Under the pieces are notes generated by a model. That model searched no databases. It was given only the letters and a program-made list of their open reading frames with translations, and was not told the origin of the DNA. Positions 14,301 to 24,699 of a DNA stretch of 64,000 nt are shown here, one piece after another. The stretch's first letter is position 1, and each line of letters opens with the position of its first letter. Position numbers and translations under genes: made by a program. Source of the stretch: Saccostrea echinata (Eukaryota); the NCBI RefSeq assembly GCF_033153115.1, contig NW_026889750.1:39308001-39372000 (forward strand), read 5' to 3'.

Positions 14301-17300
14301 AATGAACAAGGTATGATGAGTGGTGGAGTCCAGCAGGGAATGCCACCCATGAATGGAAACTACCCAATGGAGAATTACATCCCTAGAGAAATGAGAGAGA
14401 TGATGGGAAACTTTGAAGCACAGTCACAGAAAAGCCTGGTAGTCCATGAGAAGGCTGGTCGCAATGATGTGGATATATCTGCAGCTGCTGCTCCAGCTGA
14501 TGTTTTCTGTATGGTGGATGGAAGACTCTCCCTACTTAGCAGTACCACCAAGTACAAAGTCACAATAGCAGAAATACAGAGAAGATTGTCTCCCCCTGAG
14601 TGCCTTAATGCTTCACTGCTAGGAGGAGTTCTCAGAAGAGCCAAGTCTAAAAATGGAGGAAGATGTCTGAGAGAGAAGCTGGACAAGATTGGATTGAGTC
14701 TTCCTGCAGGTAGAAGGAAAGCAGCCCAGACAACACTCCTGACATCTCTTGTGGAAGGGGAAGCTGTACGACTTGCAAGGGATTATGGGTATTTGTGCGA
14801 GTCCGAGTTCCCAGCAAGGAAGTGTGCCGAATACAACTGTAAGAAATACCAGACAACAGACCCCCAGGAAAACATGGCAAGGAAGAATATGGTGCTGGCC
14901 ACTAAGCAGATCCTGAAGGAGTTTATGGATATCCTGAATCAGGACCGATCTCCCATTGGAAACTCTCGTCCCCAACCAATCCTGGAGCCTGAGATACAGA
15001 GCTATCTGACCAATTTCAGTCTGATTAGCCATGGTTTTGGATCTCCTGCCATTGTTGCTTCACTTGCTGCAGTTCAAACATACCTGACAGAAGTCCTCAA
15101 GGTCATGGACAAAGGATTTCTCAACGATGGATCGATGCCACCCTCCAAGAAAAGAAAGTTGTAAGAAGGAAAGACGTTCTTTGCTCTGTAAATAAAGTGC
15201 TTTGTGTGACAGTGTCTTGAATGTTGACTTGTTTCCTAGGAAGATATATTGATAACTTTGTGACTTAAGTGCAGATTCCTGTTGCTCACTAAGTTGATGT
15301 TTGTGTTTCCAGTGTTTTTAATCTGTGTTTATAAGGATCTGTAATTCCAGACTCATTGTGATCTTCAATAACTTACAATAGAGATATTTAATATGTACCT
15401 TTTTTCATCAATATTACTTTGTATGTTGTAATTCATTGAATAAATGATTGTAGTATATTTACAGTTGTTTTTGTAGTATTTTGCTATTACACACATTTAG
15501 TTTCGTGTACTTAAAATGGATTTAAAATAAAATGTTAATCCTTTAGATGTTTTAACATTCTGGGTTAAACATACCAAGATGCCTTTATAGAATACCTTTG
15601 CTTATGTTTGCAAGAACTTGCTGACTTTTGTAACCTGGGTCATTACTTGTTACTGGCTTTACCTGGGTCATTACTTGTTACGTGACCTACTGGCTTTTGT
15701 AACCTGGGTCATTACTTGTTACATGACCTACTGACTTTTGTAACCTGGGTCATTACTTGTTACATAATGTACTGGCTTTTGTAACCTGGGTCATTACTTG
15801 TTACATAACCTACTGGCTTTTGTAATCTGGGTCATTACTTGTTACAGTTGAGTTTAGAAGGTGTAGTTCAGGATGACTTTAACACAGAGACTGTAGAAAT
15901 GACGGGCACAACAGACTTCCTGTCCCAGCCAGCGGCCCTGACAGAAGAAGTCCAGTTAGTGATGGATTCTGTCTCGCTCGGAGATCGCACCATTCAGAGC
16001 ACTGAAACTGTCACGGTGGAAACCACACAAACAGTAGATCCGACAGAAGTCAGTCTAGATGAGTTTGTGGTCATGGATAACCCCATCCCAGGTAATATAT
16101 GAGCCATGGTACACATTAAGAAAAAAAATCCTGTTTATCCCAGTCTTGTAGATTTAAATAAGAAAAAGTCTACCTGATATAATACATTTTCTGTTAGCCT
16201 CTAAATACTTAAACCAATTCATATGCATTTATTCCCTCCCAGATTTACATATCGATTGTAGTTTTAAGCATACTTCTATTTTATGCAGGTACTAGTGTAA
16301 GTGAAAGCCACAGTGTTGATCCCTTAAGCAGTTCTGATCCCACGGGCTTGGCAAGATTAGGAAAGAGAAAAAGGAAAGTTCCAGCTGCATTGGAGGATAG
16401 TCCCACCCCCCTGCCTGGTGGGGGCTGGAACAGAGCATGCCTGGGGTAGGGTATTTTTTATGCAGCCTGTTATCAGGAGAATGTTGATTAATTTAATGAT
16501 TTTGAGGAAGTATAGCATGTTAATGAGGTTTTTGGAAGATCAAGATAATGAAACTATTTCAAACATTTAAAATCATTGTGAAGATTGTGATTTTGACTCT
16601 TAGGATAATACAGAAAGTGATGAAATACAGAGGATTAAACAGACATAAAGATGACCTGAATGCCTCCACATGGTTTTTAGAACCAGGTAAGTGCAAGAAT
16701 ATCTTTAACTGTCATAGAACAATTTTAGCTTTAAATATGTGTCATGTGGTTTTATATATATGCATACATAAAAATGATAGTACAGTAAAACTTGTTGAAT
16801 CCGGATGTTGTGCATTCCGGCATGTTGTTCAGTCCGACATAATATTTTAGTCCCTTGAATTTTCTTTATAATTTATGTTTAATAAATGTTGTGCAATCCA
16901 GATCTTGCCTATTCTGTAAACCGGCCGCTAATTAAAGAACTTACTGCTCATAATTAGTACAAATTATCTCCTCTAATCCGGCCACTTATTTTTACCTGTG
17001 CCCGCTGGTCATTAGAGAAGTCTCGCGTGGGGTAATTATTGTCCCGTTAATGATCTATCCTGTATCGACAGTTTAGATTCTAACAAACGTGATAAAAAAA
17101 ATCATTAATGGCTCAAGTAAGGCGAGGAAAGTTGCGTGTAGCATGTCTGTAGAAAAAACTTGGAGACTTATTCATGACCTCCTTTCTACTTTCGTTTTGC
17201 GTGCACGACGTGCAATTCGAATTACTTCCCTTTTTGTCGCTAGTTTACAACGACCAAAGTGACAGAAGATTTTTTTCAATATTCATTACATGTAGAACAT

Positions 17301-18486
17301 TTGAAATTAACAAATACAGTATCTAAATATTCAAACATATTAATTTTAAAAGAAAGAAATTAATTAGGAATCTGTCCCTAACAAAATAATATTTACAGCT
17401 ACGATAAGGTTTTTGATTGTATTTAAGCACTTAACGATTTTCAAATTTGATAAATGAACTAGAGATATTATATTTCGATACTGAATAAAAAACGTAGCAG
17501 AAATTAAAATTCTTAAGAACAAACAGAGTTCAAAACAAATGGAAATAGACGATTTTTTCAAGTGAAACGTAAAAAATGACACATTTGATCAAGTATTTAT
17601 TTACCACTCTTTGTTTATATCTATGTAATTTTTAACTTGCTATAACGGTTCAATTTTCTCTAATCCGGCCAAAAATTTTGGAACCACTGGTCGCCGGATT
17701 AGACAAGTTTTACTGTAAATGGCAATATTTCAACCAAAGAAAAAAAGGAAACTTTTTACAGGCATTTTTATCATGAATATATTAACATCTTCCAATGGCT
17801 TTATTTCTGTAGTGGACCCAGAGGATGCCCCAGATTATTACACAATCATAAAAAATCCTATGGACTTTGGAACAATCAAAAAGAAATTGGAGGTTGGTTA
17901 CATTTCCAGTTCATCTGTTATTAATTGAAGCAGGATTCTATTGAATTTACAAACTGAAAAAGACAAAAATGTAGAGCTTTTCTTAAAAGCTACTATTGTG
18001 TAGGATGATGCAAGGAAATTTTTTTCATACAGATTATATTTCCAAATTGTATATTTCCTGTTACAGAGTCATACTTACTCTGATTATGAAGATTTCCACT
18101 CAGACATGCTGCTAGTTCGAGACAACTGTCGCGTGTACAACCCCCCAGGCAGTGTGGTCCGTAGAGATTGTGATGAGGTGTTTGCTTACTACATGTCAGA
18201 GTACGAAAGAATCCTAGAAAAATGGCAGAAGGTAAAAAAAAAAAACTAAGTCATAATTTGTTCGAATTTTTCACTTTTTCATTTTTGTAAGTTTGTTGCC
18301 TTAACATGTATCAGTCTGAGTGGTTTAAAATCATAATAAAAACATTAATATATCCAGTGTCTTTGTTAATTTACTAAAAATTCATTGTTCTGTTCTTTAT
18401 TTTTTCATTATCTTAACTTTTAGGCTCACATCTCTTCACCCTCCTCCAAGAAACTGAAGTTTGAAAGTAGAAGTCCTAAGATGTGA
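2295..18486 (+). CDS. EMSY: EMSY-like chromatin regulator (N-terminal ENT domain, long S/T/V-rich middle, C-terminal bromodomain), 25 coding exons, ~1205 aa
   Basis: Phase-consistent GT-AG exons: 2295-2323, 4120-4284, 4378-4452, 4806-4981, 5067-5189, 5282-5514, 6788-6998, 7929-8035, 8225-8363, 8568-8732, 8901-9041, 9431-9540, 9696-9827, 9987-10155, 10240-10384, 10786-10850, 11302-11360, 11692-12073, 12393-12592, 15848-16091, 16289-16445, 16604-16686, 17813-17892, 18067-18231, 18424-18486 (3618 nt, ends TGA). ENT domain: [44 protein letters not shown]...[18 protein letters not shown]...[31 protein letters not shown]-like motifs: [38 protein letters not shown]. The first exon ([10 protein letters not shown]) is less certain; ATG 4124 is an alternative start. 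Confidence 0.9.
2753..2860. mobile_element. 108-bp hairpin MITE, PIF/Harbinger-like
   Basis: AGGCCTGTTCAACAG.GC.AACGTTCGCGAGCGCTCGC arm inverted at the other end; CAG flanks both sides. Confidence 0.75.
2917..3396. mobile_element. Non-autonomous TIR element, 7-bp TSD (P-like), copy 2, inverted relative to 487-984
   Basis: Same TIRs; the internal sequence is the reverse complement of 487-984. Flanks CATGCGA/CTTGCGA (one mismatch). Confidence 0.85.
5705..6570 (+). mobile_element. Degenerate Helentron-associated (HINE-like) element with internal tandem units
   Basis: Begins TTATTGTCCCCCGCT...GGGGAC hairpin; repeated TGACCTTGA(C/A)C..GAAGTTTGACCT and GGCCATAACTT-like units, same family as 45010-46180. 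Confidence 0.55.
10324..10582 (+). repeat. 70-bp tandem repeat built from EMSY exon 15 3' end and splice donor
   Basis: AGGGATCTA at 10351/10421/10491; TTCAAAG|GTTAGT donors at 10385/10455/10525; re-copy of exon sequence at 10547-10582. Confidence 0.85.
10980..11283 (+). mobile_element. Short HINE-like element ending just upstream of the EMSY exon 17 acceptor
   Basis: GGGGCATATAGTTTTTGG start, GACCTTGA..GAGTTTGACCTACTTTT units, end GTTTCACACCCACATCTTTT resembling 46159-46180. Confidence 0.55.
13735..13774 (+). promoter_or_regulatory. Candidate core promoter of nested TFAP2 gene (TATA + Inr)
   Basis: TATATATAG at 13735-13743 followed ~30-35 nt later by TCAGTT (13769-13774, invertebrate Inr consensus TCAKTY), ~180 nt upstream of the ATG. 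Confidence 0.55.
13953..15164 (+). CDS. TFAP2: Intronless AP-2 (TFAP2) family transcription factor, 403 aa, nested in EMSY intron 19
   Basis: Single ORF with PY activation motif [11 protein letters not shown] and AP-2 basic/helix-span-helix domain [76 protein letters not shown]...[18 protein letters not shown]...[13 protein letters not shown]. The paralog letter cannot be assigned. Confidence 0.93.
   Translation: MNGAIVYERDYADHHNVDRDNGYPPSTEPSVMAQGEYPPPYFPPPYTMPSQPPMDYHFNNSYAPVSDYQQQEQPSQQEFQAMHGGIDRVHEYKIQDGGANIHRPEPVMPGTIPVNFNEQGMMSGGVQQGMPPMNGNYPMENYIPREMREMMGNFEAQSQKSLVVHEKAGRNDVDISAAAAPADVFCMVDGRLSLLSSTTKYKVTIAEIQRRLSPPECLNASLLGGVLRRAKSKNGGRCLREKLDKIGLSLPAGRRKAAQTTLLTSLVEGEAVRLARDYGYLCESEFPARKCAEYNCKKYQTTDPQENMARKNMVLATKQILKEFMDILNQDRSPIGNSRPQPILEPEIQSYLTNFSLISHGFGSPAIVASLAAVQTYLTEVLKVMDKGFLNDGSMPPSKKRKL
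15191..15531 (+). terminator. Candidate polyadenylation signals of nested TFAP2 gene
   Basis: AATAAA at 15191, 15439 (followed by a GT/T-rich tract ~15464-15485) and 15526. Confidence 0.5.
15621..15847 (+). repeat. 41-bp tandem repeat (6 copies) terminating in the EMSY exon 20 acceptor
   Basis: A(C/T)CTGGGTCATTACTTGTTAC at 15633, 15661, 15702, 15743, 15784 and 15825; the last copy ends ...TTACTTGTTACAG|. Confidence 0.9.
16420..18231 (+). other. Bromodomain-encoding exons of the EMSY-like gene
   Basis: Spliced translation reads ACLGIIQKVMK...[73 protein letters not shown]. It has the canonical F..PV...APDYY..IK.PMD and NC..YN (acetyl-lysine-binding Asn) motifs. Confidence 0.9.
16783..17715. 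mobile_element. Tc1/mariner (pogo-like) MITE in EMSY intron 22
   Basis: TA|CAGTAAAACTTGT..AATCCGG ... CCGGATTAGACAAGTTTTACTG|TA. Confidence 0.8.
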
Positions 18487-20056
18487 ATTGACTTTTTTAT
18501 ATTAACTCAGACCTATGTGCCAAATTTCCTCTGCTCCTTTTGATGGAGTCGTATACTGCCAGATTTTGTTGTTTTATGTTTTCAATCTCATGTTATATTA
18601 AGAAAATTGACTGAAAAATTAAATGTCTTGTTGTTTGATTAGAATAGCTTCAATTTCAGAGTCCACATTTGAAATCATTAAGAATGAACCATGCACATTT
18701 TTAAGGATGGTCATTGAATATTGTTATAAATTTCATTTATTTTTGTGCAATACTTTGGATCTCAGATTTAACTGGATGTTGGTTGTAAATTTCCAAGTCT
18801 TCTAAATACAATGTACATATAAATACTAAAATTAATGGACATGTTATTTGGAATCTGACAGTAAACTTATGTAGGAATCCTAGATATTTTTAATGCATGT
18901 AATACTGTTTATGATTTGAAACAAAGATGTTGAAAATGTTTATTAGTATTACAGGTTGAAACACATGCTTGTATACTGTACATGTATGTTTTTTATTACT
19001 GAATATTAAAATGTAAAAATATGAGTACAGCTTTTCATTTGTATGTCATAATATAGTACAGTTCTGTTTATTTTTTACTGTATTTATCAGTTCTTGACTA
19101 TTTGAAGATTTATTCTTGGTCAACAGTACTTCTGATCTCCCTGCCCATCTCTTTTCTTTTTAGTGCAAGTGAGTACAGTAATTAAATGAAACTTTGTGTA
19201 AAGGTTGTCTAATGCCTGTGTGTCCATCTGCATCAATTAATTTGTTTTGCTTTGTCCTATTGAAATTTTCATAAGTTAATCAGGAATTGTGTTCAAATAC
19301 AATGTTCAGGGTTAACTTTGACCTTTGGAACTGATAAATGAGAAATCTACATGATTTATTGTGGAGTATCTTCACAGAGATGAATCAGAATGGGATGCAA
19401 TTTAAAGTTTTGCCAGCAGACACTGTCCTGAGAATTTCTGAAAAATGAAAGCTGCTCAGTTTTGGATGATGGTGCATTCTATATAACTTGGACCCTTGGT
19501 GACTGCACATCTATTGAAAATGACATAATTTTCTCGCTAGTCCTTTTATGACGTCATGAATATTGTATCATTCCCAAATTTTGAAAATTTCTTCAAAAAT
19601 TGACAAAAGTTTAATCTGTTTTTCAATATCTTGCATTGAGCCCAACCTCTAATCCAATATATGCAATTGTATAATGAAAGAACATTTTTTTTTATCAAGG
19701 GGTATGTTTTTATTTTAATAACTTGCTGAAGATATGCAAAAACACCTGTTTCTTGCAAAAATCACGCAATTTCAAAAAACCTCTACAACGTTGCAATATT
19801 TCACCAATAAAATTATATAGGTATGATACTTTTTTTTAAAACATGGTTTTTCTTGTGTGAATTTTTCAGAATCTTTACTATGAAAACTTTTCAAGTGTTT
19901 TAAAGTAGATTCAAATTTTAATAAACAATCCGGAAGACAAGCTCCTTGATGAAAAAATCTTGACTGCGCAGAATTTATGCACATGGGCTTCATCTTTCTT
20001 TGTTTAAAACATTCTGTATAAAATACTAAATAATGCATATAGTTGAAGGTTTCATT

Positions 20057-20785
20057 GAAAATTTTCACCCCTAGAAAGCCATTGTCAACCTCATTAGTGG
20101 TGTGTTCCCGTTTTGCACACATTTGATAATTAGGTATAGAACAATAGGTGTGAAATATGTTTTGATAGCAATTATAGTCTGATCTCCGTCTGGGATTTAC
20201 CTGGAATTACCTGTATTCACCAATGCATCATAGTCTATATTTAAAGGAATAAAGTTTGAAAATTTAAGTTGTCCAATCTAACTGAAATGGATAAATCAGA
20301 CAAATGTCGTCAGGCAGTCCCCCCTCTTTTTTTTTATTTCTTGAAGAAAATATGAATGAGTTAATGAATTCAATCTTAATAAAAAAAAAAATTAACTTGC
20401 CCAGTTAGTATCATATGAATGTACATTGTACTTATAGTTTTGATTAGTATTTATAATATTTTTTTATGTTTTGAAATAGTTTTTTTCTTAAATTGAAATT
20501 ACAGAATTAAATCAAAATAGAAAAAAAAAATAATGCAAAATTAATCATTTTTCTTCGCATTCTTGTCGTAGATTTCTTTTTCTCCAAATTCACAACTATG
20601 ATATAGACTATATCAATTAAGTAATTATCTTACCTGGACAAATTCCCGTTTTGCACACATTTTTTCAATACCTGAAATTCAAATGTGTGCAAAACGGGAA
20701 CAAACCTAATTAGTTGACAATGGTTTAATTGTCAACCTCAGCTGCAACTTGGTTGACAACAGTTTTCTTGGGGTGAAAATTTTCA
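20057..20785. repeat. Inverted repeat / fold-back remnant between EMSY and MOGS
   Basis: GAAAATTTTCACCCC...GTTCCCGTTTTGCACACATTTGA (20057-20127) versus TCAAATGTGTGCAAAACGGGAAC...GGGGTGAAAATTTTC (20679-20785). Confidence 0.6.
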
Positions 20786-20928
20786 GTGTAATCCTCAACT
20801 GCAATATTCATATAATATTTAATATAATATTAATGCTTTGCTGAATCCTGTGATATGGTCTAGATTGGTTTTTTATTTTATTTGTTTGCTTTTAATTCAA
20901 GCTCCAGACAGCTCAGTATTACGTTACG

Positions 20929-20964
20929 CTACAACTCCATATTATTCGTAGGGAAAGTAGTCCC
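20929..20964. promoter_or_regulatory. ZNF143/SBS-type (ACTACnnnTCCC) motifs in the MOGS promoter
   Basis: GGGAAAGTAGTCCC (20951-20964; reverse GGGACTACTTTCCC) and CTACAACTCC (20929), ~250 nt upstream of the MOGS ATG. Confidence 0.45.
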
Positions 20965-21205
20965 GGAGAATTGACACTGTATGGAGTTTGCTTTAAATTT
21001 TCAATTCCGGATTTACCAATTTAACTTTTACACTCTGTGACTGGTGAGAAAAACGCTTATAAGGTACTGTACTTTTACTGTAACAAGAAGGTCCTGATTG
21101 ACATCGAGTGTTCTTGTACACGTTTTTTGACACAATTATCGGTATCATGAGAGTGGTCCAATAACCATTTTAGTAGGAAGCCTGGGACGTTGACTGTTTG
21201 TTAAA

Positions 21206-24200
21206 ATGGGCAAAAATAAAGGGGGACGGCATCAACCACCGCAGACACGCCAGAGGAAACAAAAACAATCGGAAAGCAATGACGATCTTGAAAAGCAAAA
21301 TAAAACAGGGACAAAACCTAACCTTGGTAGAAAGAATAAAAATGATCAATCACAGAATAATAAAATGATAATTTGGACTATTGTATTCGTATTGGTAATA
21401 TCAGGTGCAACTGTTTACATGCGCTACCAAATGTACCTACAGGAGCTAGTTGTTACCCCACTCAATGTACCAAAAATGATTTCACAGAATGTGTCAACTT
21501 CTATGGTTAACCCTGAAAAGTTTTGGGGAACCTATCGATCGAATCTATATTTTGGCCTTAAAACACGTTCTCCAACATCCCCTGTGGTAGGATTGATGTG
21601 GTTAGAGCAGTCAGGAAGTTTGGAGATTCGGCATTGGTGTAGTCAGGATGACAGATTGCCACAGTATGGATGGCTCAAACATGATGGGACAAATTTTGGT
21701 ATCCAAGATGTAGTAGAGAAACATTTCAATGTAACAACATCTTTTGTCAAACAGCCAGGAGGAGAACATGGTGGGGACTGGACAGCTCGTATTTCAGCAA
21801 TTCCCAAAGTAAGATGTAATACTAATCAGGCAACACATACTATCTGATATGATAAGTATCTTCCATAACTTACATATTCTGGCTCCAGAGGCATAAAACT
21901 TTGAGGATCTCACTTTTGCATTAACCAAAATACTTTTTCATGTGAAAAGAGAGATATGGATCCAAAATGAGTTCCTCAAAGTGTTATGGCCCTGGAGTCA
22001 GATGTTTATATTGTCCTTTCATGTAAAGTATTAACTAGGAAAATATCATTAACCAAAAAAAAAAAAATGCTCCTAGCCTTTACTTTAGCAAAATATGCCA
22101 TCAGAATGATAAAATATAGCAAGAGATGATATTACTGGATGACAGATAACATGAAAATTGTCTCACAAAATTTATGTGGATACCAAACAGTATAGGTTAT
22201 ATTAATACATCAAAATAAATGGCATTTTACTTCATTTCACAATGCAGTGTTGGTCAAATGCAGTGGAATAAATGTTAATCAAACATGAATACATGTATGT
22301 TATATACTGTTTATATATTTGACATTCAGTATGGTATAATAATTAAACATAATGTGTACCTGAGGGTAAAAGCTGAAATTGTCACCCTTCAAAAAGTCAT
22401 TGCACTGTTTGCATTAGCCAAGGATTCTATGATGAGAGTTTGTCAAGGTGTGAACATTTTAACTCTTACTTATCCTTACTTACATGTTTATGGCACACAT
22501 TTAATAAATTTGACATAACATGTTCTTTCCAATTGCCTTGAAAATGGAAGGCTAAGGAGAGGGTAGTGTTATGGAAACTTTGACCTTGCATGTACATGTA
22601 CACTAGTAAATGGATGCATTAGTGTTATAATTAATGATCAATGTTTGCTTTGACAAAAAAATGATATTAAAACATGTATTTTGCATACATTTTTATTTCA
22701 AAATGTATGTCCTAGAATGATCATTAGCTGTCACTTATTTTAATTACTTTTGATAGATATTTCTAAAGTTTTCCATTTCAGTTTTAATTATTTATTTTCT
22801 ATTTTTCAGGATGTCAACAGACCTGTTTTAGTATCTCTCATGTTTTATATTGCCTTAGATGGACAAGGCACACTGAATTCGAACATAGCGAGGAACAGGA
22901 TGGAGGTAGTCAGCGGACAATCTCTTGAGCTTGGCAACTTTAAGTTGTCATTCCCAAAAGCCAGGAAAGGTGTAGGAGTTAAATACAACCATCTTATCTC
23001 ATATGCGTCTAGGCTTGACAAGCTTAAAGATTTATTACAAAATTCTCTGAGGACTGATAGCTTTGATAAAGGAAGAACAGTTCCGTACCTTACTTTAGCA
23101 GGGCGTCTACTTCCAAGGGATAGCCCAAGTCCAAATTTTATGGTCCACCAGGTTACAGCACAATTACCATTAGAAATGGAGGTTGTGTTTGAATCAGGGA
23201 GCAATTATGATCGCCATGATTCCCTCCAAGGTGAATTGTACACACACAAACTTGAAAAATTCTCAAAAAGTTTTGACAATAGATTCTCTGAAGTTTTCAA
23301 TTTGGAAAATAAAAGATACAATGAACATGAAATTGCTTTTGCAAAAGCTGCACTGAGCAATATGATAGGCAGCATTGGATATTTTTATGGCTCTTCCATA
23401 GTCCAATCAAAGTACAACAAAGAGCCTGTTTCTTATTGGCCTGCTCCTCTATACACAGCAGTACCTTCCAGATCCTTCTTTCCAAGAGGATTTTTGTGGG
23501 ATGAGGGTTTCCACAATCTTCTTATAAGTCAGTGGGATCCTAATATAGCAAAAGATATTATTGCTCACTGGTTGGATTTACTTAATGTTGAAGGATGGAT
23601 TCCAAGAGAGCAGATTCTTGGTGTAGAGGCCAGAGCCAGAGTTCCAGATGAGTTTGTAGTTCAGAGAAATGAGAATGCCAATCCACCGACTTTATTTTTA
23701 CCACTTCAACGTTTAATCAAAGACATGATAACCAGCCATGATCCACTGGACAAACAGTTCTTGAAAACAGTGTTTCCTAGATTGCAAAAGTGGTTTAGTT
23801 GGTTTAACACAACACAAGTAGGAAGTGAGCCTTTGACTTACTACTGGAGAGGGAGAGATGATAAGACAAATAAAGAATTAAATCCTAAAACTCTAACATC
23901 TGGCTTGGATGACTATCCTCGAGCATCTCACCCTAACACAAAGGAAAGACATGTAGATCTAAGGTGCTGGATGGCTTTGGCTTCAGGAATTCTTGCCGAC
24001 ATTGCAAAGGAGCTTGGAGAGAATGGGAAGGAATATGAGGCTACACACAAGGTTCTGACTGATAATGGTCTCCTGGACAAACTGCACTGGTCACCAAAAA
24101 AAGAACGTTACTGTGATTATGGACTCCATTCAGATCGAGTTCTTCTAGTGAAACCAAAACCACCAAAAAATTTACAGCCAGGACAACCCTTCAATCAAGA

Positions 24201-24699
24201 GAAGATCAGGGAGGTGAAGACACCTCCCCAGATGCAGTTTGTTGAGTCTTTTGGATATGTTTCTCTATTTCCGCTAATGTTAAGAATAGTAGAGCCAAGC
24301 TCTTTAAAACTTTATAAAATTTTGAGTGATCTCACTAATACAGAATTGCTGTGGACTAATTATGGACTTCGATCTCTAGCTAGGAATGCTCCTCAATATC
24401 AAAAAAGAAACACAGAACATGACCCTCCATATTGGAGAGGGGCTATCTGGATCAATATGAACTACCTTACTCTAAGTGCTTTGCATCACTATTCGAACAC
24501 TCCTGGTCCATATCAACAGTTAGCACAGGGAATATATAAGGATTTGCGTGCAAATATAGTCAATAATATAATAAAAGAATATTATAGGACAGGCTACATT
24601 TATGAACAGTATAATGATAAAACAGGTGAGGGTAAAGGAAGTCATCCATTTACAGGATGGTCAGCTCTGGTTGTACTAATAATGGCAGAAAAATATTAG
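21206..24699 (+). CDS. MOGS: Mannosyl-oligosaccharide glucosidase (ER alpha-glucosidase I, GH63), 2 coding exons, ~830 aa
   Basis: Exons 21206-21808 and 22810-24699, phase-0 GT-AG intron. Basic N-tail + TM (MIIWTIVFVLVISGATVYM), FWGTYRSNLYFGLKTRSP, GGEHGGDW, AVPSRSFFPRGFLWDEGFH, GWIPREQILG, ANPPTLFL, TLTSGLDDYPRASHP, YWRGAIWINMNYL, HPFTGWSALV. Confidence 0.96.
21876..22004. repeat. Short hairpin MITE-like element in the MOGS intron
   Basis: TCTGGCTCCAG.GGCATAA.ACTTTGAGGA.CTCA ... TGAGTTCCTCAAAGTGTTATGGCCCTGGAGTCAGA. Confidence 0.6.

Noticed and set aside
14028-15032. Antisense/alternate-frame ORFs over TFAP2 (and 22845-23485 over MOGS, 36709-37341 over ZRANB1)
   Set aside because: Shadow ORFs of real coding exons with no recognisable motifs.
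15621-15847. CRISPR-like appearance of short regularly spaced repeats (also 56005-56460 and 61920-62480)
   Set aside because: The units are head-to-tail with no unique spacers, the context is eukaryotic and there are no cas genes; these are minisatellites.
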